From an uncultured virus (IMG/VR IMGVR_UViG_3300025413_000018) (taxonomy: Duplodnaviria > Heunggongvirae > Uroviricota > Caudoviricetes), in IMG/VR virus record IMGVR_UViG_3300025413_000018: DNA of 64,000 nt. One strand, written 5' to 3'. The notes beneath the pieces are model-generated. The model was not told the DNA's origin. It made no database searches and was given only the letters and a program-made list of their open reading frames with translations. The position numbers and the translations under genes were made by a program. This document shows, one piece after another, positions 9,074-18,422 of this stretch (positions are counted from its first letter, which is position 1; each line of letters starts with the position of its first letter).

Positions 9074-9105
9074 GTAGGGCGACAGCCTTTCGACTGCCGC
9101 CCTAC
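9074..9105 (-). terminator. GNRA-capped hairpin after the SSB gene (terminator or stabiliser)
   Basis: GTAGGGCGGCAGTC-GAAA-GGCTGTCGCCCTAC, followed by only a weak U tract. Confidence 0.6.
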
Positions 9106-9112
9106 GCATGGT

Positions 9113-9874
9113 TTAGGCTAACGAGGAGATCATTGCCGCCGTCTCGCTATCCACGAGACCTGCGGTCTTAATCGTTGGTGTCCACCAAGAGTTCTTGGTG
9201 TTGGCGGTAAGCTTGCTACCAAGCTCCCAGAGGCCACCCTGAAGGCCGGTTGTTGCAAGATGCCCACGAAGGCTACTAGCGAGGGTTACGGCAATCTGAC
9301 CATAGGCTGTCGAGCTTGCGGTGTAGATCACACGGGCAAAACGCTTGTCCCCTGCAACATTGTAGAAGAGTGCATCTGCATCCTCGTCAAGGTTGTCAGG
9401 TGCCTGAACGAGAAGCTCAATGTGAGCCAACTCGCTGAAGAGATCCGTTCCACGCTCGCGGGAAACACGACCTCCATTGGCTGTAACCTCTGCGGCTGTG
9501 TTAAAACGACGAACCGGCACTCCTGCCTTTTGCTCATCGAATGGGATGTTCTCCTGATACTGCTTGAGCATACGAAGGGCGATGACCGTAAGGGGAGCAC
9601 CCTTGGCTTTATCCTCCAACTTGGTGATCTGGTGAGTGCCTTCGAGCAACCAAGTACCAGGTGTGAAGTTATCTGCACGCTCGCCGGACTTATTGACCAG
9701 TGAGAGGCGTGGGAGCTTCGTGTCCTCGCTAGTCCACTCTCCGATAAGCCCTTTGGAGGCATCGGCAATAGGAGCGGCAATAACTACCTGCTGTGGGGCG
9801 ACCACCGCTACTGCGGTGCTGACTTCCGGCGTAGCCGGTGTGGTTTCAATGTCTGTGAATGATACTTTTGACAT
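9113..9874 (-). CDS. Putative single-stranded DNA-binding/annealing protein
   Basis: Lies between the nuclease and polymerase genes; LPRLSLV and NSWWTP patterns resemble phage SSBs. Inference. Confidence 0.5.
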   Translation of the reverse strand: MSKVSFTDIETTPATPEVSTAVAVVAPQQVVIAAPIADASKGLIGEWTSEDTKLPRLSLVNKSGERADNFTPGTWLLEGTHQITKLEDKAKGAPLTVIALRMLKQYQENIPFDEQKAGVPVRRFNTAAEVTANGGRVSRERGTDLFSELAHIELLVQAPDNLDEDADALFYNVAGDKRFARVIYTASSTAYGQIAVTLASSLRGHLATTGLQGGLWELGSKLTANTKNSWWTPTIKTAGLVDSETAAMISSLA

Positions 9875-9973
9875 GGTGTGTTGTTTTGTTGGTGTGTTGT
9901 ACACTTTCACAACCTGTAAGGTTATTACTCGCGATGGGTTTTAGACCGACGTTCGTTCAATACGTTCAAATAA

Positions 9974-12358
9974 TTATTTAGATTTTTTGAGATACAGAAT
10001 TGTGCCGTCAACTTTGGCGGCATTGGCGTCGATCAAAGCGTCTCTTAGCGCAGTCTTGGCCTTGCCCATCTGGCCTTTCTCGGCGACACGGGCAATGGCT
10101 TTTTCTAAATCTCCGATCTTGACTTCGGCGCAGGAGGCGAATGCTTCGGGGGTGATCTTCGTTTTAACCACTTCCCATGCGGCTTGGGAGTCCACGATCT
10201 TGAATGGTTCCGATTTCTCAGCCAGTTCCCAACCAGGAATCTCAATACCTTCCTGAACACGCATCTCCAGCGCACGGGCGTTCACCTTGGAAGCCCAAGC
10301 CTCCATGATTGGGGCTACCTTCTTAGCCAGAGCCATCTGCTCTGGATCCGTGATGTTGGCAGGATCGTACTTATCCGGTAATACCAACTCATCGGCTTTG
10401 TAGCTGGTAGCTATTGTAATAGCTAAGTTGTTTAAGGTGGGACAGGTTGCTCGGTTATTACACCATGCACAATGAGCACCGGACTGGTAATTTGCAGAAT
10501 CGTTCCTCTTAGCGGCCTCGATGATCGCTAGGGTAGCCGCAGAGAGACGGTCGAGATCGTGTTCACGAGTCCAGGTAACGATATCGATGATGTTCTGGAA
10601 CGGTAGCAGAACATGAACTGTGAGTTGTTCTAGCTCAGGATGATCGTTGAAGATACCGACAGCGTAAGCCCAGAACTGGGGGCTATCTGCCTCGTACTTT
10701 CCGAAAGCGAACTTGTGGTCTACCAGCTCCCCATAACGCCCTTCGTTATGGATAATCAGATGATCGATATGCCCGAACTGATCGTGCATATGGTAACGAC
10801 GCTCCCTGATCTCCTCGTACTTCCCGACGCACTTGCTACGCAGGTGAGCCAGATATTTCAAGCATCGCTCTGCGGCCTCCCTGAGTGGTTGATCGTCCAG
10901 GGGAATGATCTCGGTGTTTTCAATCTCAACGGCCTTGTGCCCTAGGGTACCTCGGTTTGCCGCCGACTTATCCCTGGTCTGGTCGTTCCTGAAGCCACAG
11001 CATTTTGCCTTCTCCTTGAGTGAAGATGGGCTGTGCTCGGCGTGGTCACGGAGTTCCGTGTCTTCTGCGGTGGATTTAACGACGACCGCTTCGTCTTGTT
11101 TTGGTTTCATAATTCCTTCGTTAAAAATTCGTGTGTTTTCTCTTTTGTGTCCGGTCACTCCAAGAGCTGACTTTTCTATCGTTCCTTCCACATAGAGGCG
11201 CAGGGCTAGGGCACGGCTTTTGGCTCCTACCCGTGAGATACGACCGATGGCCTGCTCCTCCATTGTCCCGGAGAACTGAGGGCACAGAAGAGCCGTCCTA
11301 GGGCAGTTTCCTGTGGTATCGTGTAGATCGATTGACTGCCCTCCGGCTCCTATCTGGACAATTAGCTTTTTGTGCTGACCGCTCTGGAAGTGTGACTGAA
11401 TTCTAAAACGCACATCTTGAGGAATCCGACCATCTATGACCGGACAATCTAGCATGGCTTTTGCTTGGTCTATTGAGTCATGAAAATTCAAAAATATCAC
11501 ACAGCTTCCTCCCTCGGAGACAATCTCTTCGGCTCTTTCGACCAGGTATGGAATCTTTACCTTCTCTATGGCCTGACGCTGACGGAGATTTTTTACTGCC
11601 CCGATGTCGTCAGGATTGGACATCTCTTTGTACAATTCTTCGATCGTTTTTCTATCAGCCGGCGATATAGAGATCGGTTCATCCGATACGGTAAGCTCTG
11701 GCAGTTGGGCTTTTAGAGTCTCTTCGGATACCCTGTATCCTCTAGGGCCAAAGATGCTCTCGTGGAGCCGGTTCATCTTTTCTTTGTTTTTTGGGTTTTT
11801 TGCGTCCCATTCCAAACCTCCGAATACACCATCGGTAGCTCCCATCTTGCGAACCCAAGACCAGTATTCAGAAGGATTAAAAAGTCGTAGCGTGGATCCT
11901 ATAGCCCGTAGTTTTAAGGGGGATTCGGCGGCAGTTGCCGATAGAAGTAGAACTCGGTAATTCCCTTGTGCCGCTAGAAGCATCTTTGCGTTTAGGGAAT
12001 TAGAAGCTGAATACATATGCGCCTCGTCAAATATCAGAAGAGCCCCGACAGGAAGTGTCCACTTGATGCCTTTTCCTACTTTCTTCACGAAATCAGTATT
12101 TCCTGCCCGTAGTTTTTCGGGGTTCAAAACAAACAGCGGACTTACTCCAAAAGCGTTAAGCGTTTGCTCCCATTTTTTTAACACCGACTTTGGGCAGATA
12201 ACCGCCACTGGTAGGGCAAATCTTTTGGCTACCTCACTTGCAATGACGGTTTTTCCTCCTCCACATCCGGTTCCGTCAATGGATGCACCTACCTGATCTA
12301 ATACTTTCAGGTGATGATTTACCGCCTCTTGCTGAAATGGGAATAGGGTGAATGTCAT
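9974..12358 (-). CDS. SF2 helicase fused to a Cas4-like PD-(D/E)XK nuclease (DUF2800-like)
   Basis: GCGGGKT, DEAH, SAT and QAIGRISR helicase motifs; C-terminal half has SPSSL..C, GTLGH, GHID, VDHKF, QFWAYA and CAWC-x5-C. Confidence 0.85.
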   Translation of the reverse strand: MTFTLFPFQQEAVNHHLKVLDQVGASIDGTGCGGGKTVIASEVAKRFALPVAVICPKSVLKKWEQTLNAFGVSPLFVLNPEKLRAGNTDFVKKVGKGIKWTLPVGALLIFDEAHMYSASNSLNAKMLLAAQGNYRVLLLSATAAESPLKLRAIGSTLRLFNPSEYWSWVRKMGATDGVFGGLEWDAKNPKNKEKMNRLHESIFGPRGYRVSEETLKAQLPELTVSDEPISISPADRKTIEELYKEMSNPDDIGAVKNLRQRQAIEKVKIPYLVERAEEIVSEGGSCVIFLNFHDSIDQAKAMLDCPVIDGRIPQDVRFRIQSHFQSGQHKKLIVQIGAGGQSIDLHDTTGNCPRTALLCPQFSGTMEEQAIGRISRVGAKSRALALRLYVEGTIEKSALGVTGHKRENTRIFNEGIMKPKQDEAVVVKSTAEDTELRDHAEHSPSSLKEKAKCCGFRNDQTRDKSAANRGTLGHKAVEIENTEIIPLDDQPLREAAERCLKYLAHLRSKCVGKYEEIRERRYHMHDQFGHIDHLIIHNEGRYGELVDHKFAFGKYEADSPQFWAYAVGIFNDHPELEQLTVHVLLPFQNIIDIVTWTREHDLDRLSAATLAIIEAAKRNDSANYQSGAHCAWCNNRATCPTLNNLAITIATSYKADELVLPDKYDPANITDPEQMALAKKVAPIMEAWASKVNARALEMRVQEGIEIPGWELAEKSEPFKIVDSQAAWEVVKTKITPEAFASCAEVKIGDLEKAIARVAEKGQMGKAKTALRDALIDANAAKVDGTILYLKKSK

Positions 12359-12801
12359 TGCTTGCAGGTATGCAGAATGCAGAGAGCGTCAGCCTGATTG
12401 TCGTCTTCTATGACTTGATCAGGATAAAGTCGTTTTGCGGCTTCGATCATTGCGGCTTTCTTCGCCGCACCAGATCCGGTGGCGGCTTTCTTAATTGTTC
12501 CTACTGGAATGCCAGTATACGGGATCTCTTTAGCTTCACATTCCGCGGTAAGTACGGCCAGCAGACCTCCGTGAACATGAGCGGCGTCTGTCGATAGATG
12601 CCGTCGTACCTCCTCGAAGTAGACTACCTCCGGCTTGGCTGTCTCGAACATCTCCCGAAGCCAAGACCTGAACCGCAGGTATCGCATACCACCGCCCTCG
12701 TACCGACTTGATTTGAAAGATATTGTTCCACTCGTTACGACTCCGCTGGCTTCCACAGCCCATCCGGTCGTTGTTGCTAGGTCGAGTGTTAGGATTGTCA
12801 C
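12355..12801 (-). CDS. RuvC-like Holliday junction resolvase
   Basis: LTLDLATTTGWA, VYFEEV, IKKAATGSG and DDNQADAL acidic catalytic pattern. Confidence 0.85.
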   Translation of the reverse strand: MTILTLDLATTTGWAVEASGVVTSGTISFKSSRYEGGGMRYLRFRSWLREMFETAKPEVVYFEEVRRHLSTDAAHVHGGLLAVLTAECEAKEIPYTGIPVGTIKKAATGSGAAKKAAMIEAAKRLYPDQVIEDDNQADALCILHTCKQ

Positions 12802-13088
12802 AGGACGCTTCCATGTTTTGCGGTTGCCCAGTTGAGCAAGTCGGATTCTTTGTATGTGAACTTCTTGGGGCCAATACGCTGAAAAGGAAGGCCGAGCTCA
12901 TCTCTCCAATAGGCAAGATTCCATCGAGTAACTTTGCGCCCTAGGAGTTCTTCTAGCCGAGCGCACGCGGAAGAAGCCTCGTATACTTCAGCAGGAGCTT
13001 TCTTTTCGGCGTTCTGGATCTCCAGTCGAACCTTACCTTCCCCTAGTGGAATTACTGAAAAAGAAGAACAATCAATGATGAGTGACAT
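12798..13088 (-). CDS. Excisionase-like HTH protein
   Basis: LAYWRDELGLPFQRIGPKKFTYKESDLLNW matches the MerR/Xis-type wHTH pattern; near the integrase. Confidence 0.7.
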   Translation of the reverse strand: MSLIIDCSSFSVIPLGEGKVRLEIQNAEKKAPAEVYEASSACARLEELLGRKVTRWNLAYWRDELGLPFQRIGPKKFTYKESDLLNWATAKHGSVL

Positions 13089-13105
13089 AGAAGGTTACAA
13101 GGTTA

Positions 13106-13270
13106 TTACTCAAGGCCAAAGAATTTACGGACGGCTTCTCGAATGATTGAAGAAACAGACCGACCCGTCCTGGCACGCTCCTCGCGGAGTCGTGCTTCTA
13201 GGACAGGATCACTTGGAAAAGATCGAATGAGTTTAGGGTTTCGATTCGACGAGGGATTCTCTGAGTTCAT
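13106..13270 (-). CDS. RHH (CopG-like) protein, 54 aa, not in ORF track
   Basis: MNSENPSSNRNPKLIRSFPSDPVLEARLREERARTGRSVSSIIREAVRKFFGLE; G-x-S-x-S-x-x-IR-x-A RHH signature. Confidence 0.7.
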   Translation of the reverse strand: MNSENPSSNRNPKLIRSFPSDPVLEARLREERARTGRSVSSIIREAVRKFFGLE

Positions 13271-13406
13271 GTTTATCTATGCTGTAAGACTCGGCGGAGT
13301 CTTTGATGAATGTGACCGCAAGTTGTTCTTTTGGCATCCCACAGAAGGTTGCCAGTTCAGAAAGCCTTTCGGCGGTTGTGTTGTCTAAGGGGATTATGAG
13401 TTCCAT
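13233..13406 (-). CDS. RHH-like protein, 57 aa, not in ORF track
   Basis: MELIIPLDNTTAERLSELATFCGMPKEQLAVTFIKD...; alternating beta strand then two helices; ATG follows GTAATAACC. Confidence 0.55.
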   Translation of the reverse strand: MELIIPLDNTTAERLSELATFCGMPKEQLAVTFIKDSAESYSIDKHELRESLVESKP

Positions 13407-13456
13407 GTGCGGTTATTACAGGTTTGAGGCTTTGATTTTTTGTAGTCACTATCTTT

Positions 13457-13747
13457 TTACTTTTTGAACTTCTTGAGGATCTTGGCAAGAGCCGCAGTGG
13501 TTTCCTTGTCGAAACTCTCTCCTACTCGCTCAAGGGCGGAGTCGGAAAGGGTCTTACCAACCGTCTTGGCGATCTTCAGAATCTCACCCGTAGGGTCTTC
13601 TTTCTTGAGATAGTCCAGGTTGGCTTCCCTGATAAGCGCAGAGATCGTGCAACCTTTGGCGGCGGCTAGGATCCCTAGGGCTTTACTGGTACTGACTTCT
13701 TCGACATAGGAAACACGATGGCTTCCGGCTTTGAGTTGGTTTGGCAT
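13457..13747 (-). CDS. RHH DNA-binding protein (candidate repressor)
   Basis: RVSYV strand then ALGILAAAKGCTISALIREA; directly downstream of the integrase. Confidence 0.65.
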   Translation of the reverse strand: MPNQLKAGSHRVSYVEEVSTSKALGILAAAKGCTISALIREANLDYLKKEDPTGEILKIAKTVGKTLSDSALERVGESFDKETTAALAKILKKFKK

Positions 13748-13810
13748 TTTGTTTTCCTGTTTTTATGAGTTTGTGTTTTAGGTATCGTAGGTTCCGACAT
13801 TCACACCCTA

Positions 13811-15052
13811 CTACCAAGTTAATAACCCGTCAAGGTTATTCTTCTTCGCATATTGTCGTACAGATTCTGGGGTTATGGAGAACCACGCCTGAGCCGCCGC
13901 ATTGCTGACGTTGGAGGAGACATAGTGTTTATCCAGCATCTTCTGGCTATTTCCGGCCAAACGACTCGCTAGAACTGGGTTATCGGTCAACTCGGTGAAA
14001 TAGGTGCAGAAGCTATGGCGAAGTCCGTTGTGCTTCCAAGTGATCCCTACTTTGTCGAACTTTTCCTTGTAGGCACAGGGGTTGGTCAGCCTCTCAGACC
14101 TGACTAGCTTTCCATCATACTTGGCAAACTCGGTAAGCCATAGGTCTAGATTCTCTTGAATCTTCAATGCCCTGCCTGAGTTCTTTTTGGCAATCTCAGG
14201 AGCAATGAAAAGTTTTCCATCCTCCAGATTGAGGTTTTCCATTGGGGATTTCTCCAACTCACTACGTCGACCACCGCCAAAAGCCATAATCGTGAAATAG
14301 GGGATGGCATCCGGCTTTACGCAAATCAAGATCTTCATCAGCTCTTCCGGCGTGAAGATCTCCGGCGTCTTGAGGGGAGGGCGAGGTAGTTCAACGCCAC
14401 TGGTCGATATGTGCTCTCGGCTGATGTAGTTCTTGGTCTGGGCAAAGCGCATGATGGATCCCAGCGTCCCAAGCAATTTCCACTTGGATACCAGGCTGTA
14501 CTTGTCCATCCAGACATCGATGAGTTGGTTCGCAATCACAGGTGCTGTGAGCGTCTTAATGTTCTTTTCCGAGAATACCGATTGCCAAGTGTTGATGTGG
14601 GATCTCAGGGTGTCCAGGTATCGATCTCCCTTGTCCGGTTTACCCGCCAAGCGTTTTTTCTTTTTGCGGTCTTCGAGGAACTCTTCGGATACGACTTTGA
14701 AAGTCTTCTCCTCGCCTGTGTTCAAGCCGTGGTACTTGATGTAGAAATCGATTGCTGTGTGAAGCTCGACGCCCTGGAGTTTCTTTTTGCACTCCAAGAA
14801 ATAGGAAATATCGGCTCCGTTTACTCGTGCCTTCTCGCCTTCGCCTGCAAAAAGTGCTTCGGCGATTCGAGAAGCCTCAGCGATAGCTTTTTCCTCGTTC
14901 GAGATTGCTCGGCGCATTGACTTCCTTCCGACCTTCCATACGAGCCGGTACGAGTTCCACTGCCCCATTTTTGTTGGCGTAATGCGAACAATAGCGTGTC
15001 CACAAGTTGCGATAATTACACCATTTTCTGTTTTTGTGAGCTTTGTTTTCAT
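13811..15052 (-). CDS. int: Tyrosine recombinase/integrase
   Basis: Catalytic residues: GGRRSEL (R), AKK (K), LRHSF (with HNG upstream, H-x-x-R variant), AGNS and KHY (Y). Confidence 0.9.
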   Translation of the reverse strand: MKTKLTKTENGVIIATCGHAIVRITPTKMGQWNSYRLVWKVGRKSMRRAISNEEKAIAEASRIAEALFAGEGEKARVNGADISYFLECKKKLQGVELHTAIDFYIKYHGLNTGEEKTFKVVSEEFLEDRKKKKRLAGKPDKGDRYLDTLRSHINTWQSVFSEKNIKTLTAPVIANQLIDVWMDKYSLVSKWKLLGTLGSIMRFAQTKNYISREHISTSGVELPRPPLKTPEIFTPEELMKILICVKPDAIPYFTIMAFGGGRRSELEKSPMENLNLEDGKLFIAPEIAKKNSGRALKIQENLDLWLTEFAKYDGKLVRSERLTNPCAYKEKFDKVGITWKHNGLRHSFCTYFTELTDNPVLASRLAGNSQKMLDKHYVSSNVSNAAAQAWFSITPESVRQYAKKNNLDGLLTW

Positions 15053-15072
15053 GTGTTTGTTTTACCTATTTT

Positions 15073-15329
15073 CTAGCCAATCCTAGCCAAAAAAGTCGGC
15101 TAGAATTGGCTAAAAGGTGTAATACCCTTAACAGAAAATTAAGACACCGCAACAAAAAAAGAAGTATCTTCTCTGTAGAATCTTCAAACTAGCCAACTTT
15201 TGTCCCTCTAAACACAACACGCCTGTTAGGAGTCGAAGCAGTAACCGAATATGTATAAATATCTAGAATCTTAATAACTTATGAAGATTCACCTTGCGCC
15301 CTAACCAAGTCTTGCCATCTTCTAGCCGA
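15073..15329. other. Candidate attP: tRNA-3'-like core (15218-15237) with repeated CTAGCCRA arm-type sites
   Basis: Minus strand TTCGACTCCTAACAGGCGTG mimics a tRNA T-loop, T-stem and acceptor 3' strand. CTAGCCAA-like repeats at 15073, 15083, 15096(r), 15106(r), 15189, 15301 and 15322. Confidence 0.65.
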
Positions 15330-15330
15330 G

Positions 15331-17094
15331 ATGTCGATTCGAGTTGATGACGGTAACTACGCAGGACTGCCTAAAGGAACCATAGCACGATACGGGTATC
15401 TATTTCCACCAGGTACATCCGACTGGGCTATCGAACTATTTTGCTACAGCCGAGGATCGCTAGACGGCACTCCGGCGGAGGACAACTTTCGTCGTGCGGC
15501 TCAGATGTTTTTCACCAAGAAGACATCACCCTTTGTCTGGCATCCTTGGGCTGACGATATGCTCTATGAGTGCTGTCATTCGCCTTTCGTTGGTTTTGCC
15601 GGCTGTGGTTCTAGTGGCAAGTCCGATTTCATGGCGATCTGGATTCTTCTAAACTGGCTTTCCGCCCCCTACAAAACGCTTGGCTTGTTGACCTCGACAT
15701 CCATCCGCGATTCCAAAAAACGTGTTTGGGGTGCGGTGCAACGCTACTGGCCTGCTATTCAGCCGGTGGCTCCTGCGAAACTCACTGATACTCCTACGCC
15801 GGCAATCTACGTCATCAAAGATGGAGTCCGGCTAGAACAAGCAGGAATCTACCTAATCCCGGCTGAAGCCAAGAAGACCAGTGAGGTCACAGGCAAGATG
15901 CGTGGTATGAAAGCAGACCGTGTGTTTTTAGCCGCCGACGAGTTGAGCGAGTTGTCACACGCCTTGATCGATACCGCTATCTCCAACCTTTCCAACAACG
16001 CGATTCTTCACATCTGCGCGGCGTCGAACCCAACTTCCCACTACGACCCGTTCGGCAAGTTCGTTGAGCCGAAAGACGGTTGGACTTCGATTACGGTCAA
16101 TGACGATCGCTGGCTTACTAAGCTGGGTGGCGTTTGTCTTCACTTTGATGCCATGCGTAATCCCAACTACCTTGAAAGGGAGAACAAGTGGCCTATCCAA
16201 AAATGGGAGAAGATCGAAGAGGCTCGTGATCGCCTTGGCGAAGACTCTCCGCTTTTCTGGCGAGATTACCGAGGGTTCTGGGCACCGCAGGGAACCAGCA
16301 CAACCATCTATTCGGAATCGGAAATCATTCGTTTCGGTGGTGACAAAGCTCCCCTCTGGCTTCGACCGCCAACCAGGATAGCCGGGATTGATCCCTCGTT
16401 TGTTTCCGGCGGAGATCGATGCGTTTTGTTTTTGGGAAGTTACGGAACAAATCGAGACGGAGCCGAACAAGTTTCTTTCGATGAGTTCTTCTATATCGAA
16501 GATGACGCAACCAACTCGGAGCCTAGGACATTCCAGGTATCTAGGAAAATTGCCGGCATTCTTCGCGAAGAGGGAGTGGATATCTACAATGTCGGAGTAG
16601 ACGTTACAGGAGGAGGCGTTCCTTTCTGCGATGCGCTTGCCACCGTCCTAGGGTCGAACGAGTTTCTTCGAGTTCACTTTGGTGGCTCGGCTACCGATAG
16701 AGCTGTCTCCGTTTACGACTCCACGAAGGCAAATGAGAAATACGCCAATAAGGTGACGGAGCTTTGGTTCGGAGCTAAGGAACTTCTTCAGAATGGTCAG
16801 TTGCGAGGAATCTCGCCTGATCTTGCTCAGGAGATGACAGCTCGTAACTACGAGACCAAGAAGTCTGGAAGCATGAAGGTTCTTGTAGAAAGCAAGCGAG
16901 AGATGAAATCACGAACAGGGAAAAGCCCGGATATAGCGGATGCCGCTTTTGTGATGCTCGACACCGTAAGAGAACGCTTCGGCCTCCGCACCGTTCAAGA
17001 TGGAGGAATTGGATCAGGAGCCAATGAATCTTGGAAATCCATTATGAGAAAACGCTTTTCGCCTAAGAGAACTATTTCCTTGAACAAATGGTAA
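15331..17094 (+). CDS. terL: Terminase large subunit
   Basis: Walker A GCGSSGKS, Walker B LAADE, ASNP coupling motif, nuclease GIDP...D and SPDIADA. Confidence 0.9.
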   Translation: MSIRVDDGNYAGLPKGTIARYGYLFPPGTSDWAIELFCYSRGSLDGTPAEDNFRRAAQMFFTKKTSPFVWHPWADDMLYECCHSPFVGFAGCGSSGKSDFMAIWILLNWLSAPYKTLGLLTSTSIRDSKKRVWGAVQRYWPAIQPVAPAKLTDTPTPAIYVIKDGVRLEQAGIYLIPAEAKKTSEVTGKMRGMKADRVFLAADELSELSHALIDTAISNLSNNAILHICAASNPTSHYDPFGKFVEPKDGWTSITVNDDRWLTKLGGVCLHFDAMRNPNYLERENKWPIQKWEKIEEARDRLGEDSPLFWRDYRGFWAPQGTSTTIYSESEIIRFGGDKAPLWLRPPTRIAGIDPSFVSGGDRCVLFLGSYGTNRDGAEQVSFDEFFYIEDDATNSEPRTFQVSRKIAGILREEGVDIYNVGVDVTGGGVPFCDALATVLGSNEFLRVHFGGSATDRAVSVYDSTKANEKYANKVTELWFGAKELLQNGQLRGISPDLAQEMTARNYETKKSGSMKVLVESKREMKSRTGKSPDIADAAFVMLDTVRERFGLRTVQDGGIGSGANESWKSIMRKRFSPKRTISLNKW

Positions 17095-17117
17095 AGGTGT
17101 AATAACCATATAACCGC

Positions 17118-17705
17118 ATGAATCTCGAAACCATCTGCGCCCGCAATAACGTAACCAATCTACCCGTCGAACTCCAGGCAGACGCCAACGGGGTACTTCA
17201 AGTTAACAACATAGGCGGTGGCGGAACAGGTGGAAGTGTTTCCGTTTCTAATTTCCCAGCTACACAACCTGTTTCTGGAAATGTTACTGCTACCATCAGC
17301 GGAACCCCTTCTGTTTCTGCAACTGTTAACAATTTTCCTTCTAGTCAAGCAGTAACAAATGCTGGAACTTTTGCGGTTCAAAATACTGCCGCTATTCCCG
17401 CTGGAAGCAATTTGATTGGATCAGTAACTTCACAAGCGGCATCTGGTTCTATCACAATGAGCAATAGCTCAGTAGGAGCTACTTCTGCCACACTTCTTGC
17501 GGCTTCTTCTGCATCCAAGATGCTTACGATTCAGAACACTTCGGCATCCAATACCCTGTATGTCAGCACGACTTCCCCAGCCACTTCCACTAACGGAATC
17601 GCTATTGGAGCAGGAGTTGGGTATCAGTTCCCATACATCCCAACCAATGCTTTGTATTGCTTGGGATCTGCCGCATCTACCACTTATACAATTTGGTACG
17701 CATAA
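17118..17705 (+). CDS. Virion-associated Ser/Thr-rich protein
   Basis: NFPATQPVSG repeats and a C-terminal beta-sandwich-like IQNTS..LYV region. Confidence 0.55.
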   Translation: MNLETICARNNVTNLPVELQADANGVLQVNNIGGGGTGGSVSVSNFPATQPVSGNVTATISGTPSVSATVNNFPSSQAVTNAGTFAVQNTAAIPAGSNLIGSVTSQAASGSITMSNSSVGATSATLLAASSASKMLTIQNTSASNTLYVSTTSPATSTNGIAIGAGVGYQFPYIPTNALYCLGSAASTTYTIWYA

Positions 17706-17718
17706 ACCCCTCTAAACG

Positions 17719-18420
17719 ATGGGCTTTATCATTAAAAAAAAATTGTGGGGTGACACAGGGTTTTTGAACCTAAATGTGGTAACCGCACCATCTGGATACA
17801 CCATCAACTATCTTTTGGTTGGTGGAGGTGGAGGAGGAAGTAACGTTGTTGAATTTGGAGATGGAGGAGACGGAGGAAGCGTAATAAGTGGTAATTTTTC
17901 AGCTATTCCATCAATTATTTATACTGCCACAATAGGTCAAGGTGGTGCTGGCTATTACTATAACGCAACCAATACAGGAGATAATTCCGATGGAACCGCT
18001 GGTGGAAATTCTATTTTATATTATTCAAGAAATATAAATATAGCAGTGGCCGCTGGGGGTGCTTATACAACTGATCGAGTCACACCAAATGGAGGATATG
18101 GAGCGGGAGTAAACGCTGGAAATGGTGGAAATGGAGGTAATGGCATAACCTCAAATATTACTGGATCTAGCGTTTATTATGCTGGTGGTGGTGGTGGTTA
18201 TACAGGGGTTATTGGAACACCGGGATTAGGGTTAATTGGAAGAGGAGGAAATTCTGGACTGGGAGGACTTACTCAAGCAACAAGCGGTGCTAATGGAGTT
18301 GTTATTTTATCTATTCCTACATCAAAATATACAGGTACTATAACAGGTTCTCCTACAGTTACCACAAATGGATCAAATACTATTTTAACTTTTACAGGAA
18401 ACGGAACATATACAGCATAA
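17719..18420 (+). CDS. Glycine-rich tail-fibre-like protein
   Basis: YLLVGGGGGG, YYAGGGGG, GANGVVIL and FTGNGT motifs of phage Gly-rich domains. Confidence 0.7.
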   Translation: MGFIIKKKLWGDTGFLNLNVVTAPSGYTINYLLVGGGGGGSNVVEFGDGGDGGSVISGNFSAIPSIIYTATIGQGGAGYYYNATNTGDNSDGTAGGNSILYYSRNINIAVAAGGAYTTDRVTPNGGYGAGVNAGNGGNGGNGITSNITGSSVYYAGGGGGYTGVIGTPGLGLIGRGGNSGLGGLTQATSGANGVVILSIPTSKYTGTITGSPTVTTNGSNTILTFTGNGTYTA

Positions 18421-18422
18421 TT

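Noticed and set aside
9974..11110. Cas4-like domain as evidence of a CRISPR-Cas system
   Set aside because: No array or other cas genes; such nucleases are routine in phage replication modules.
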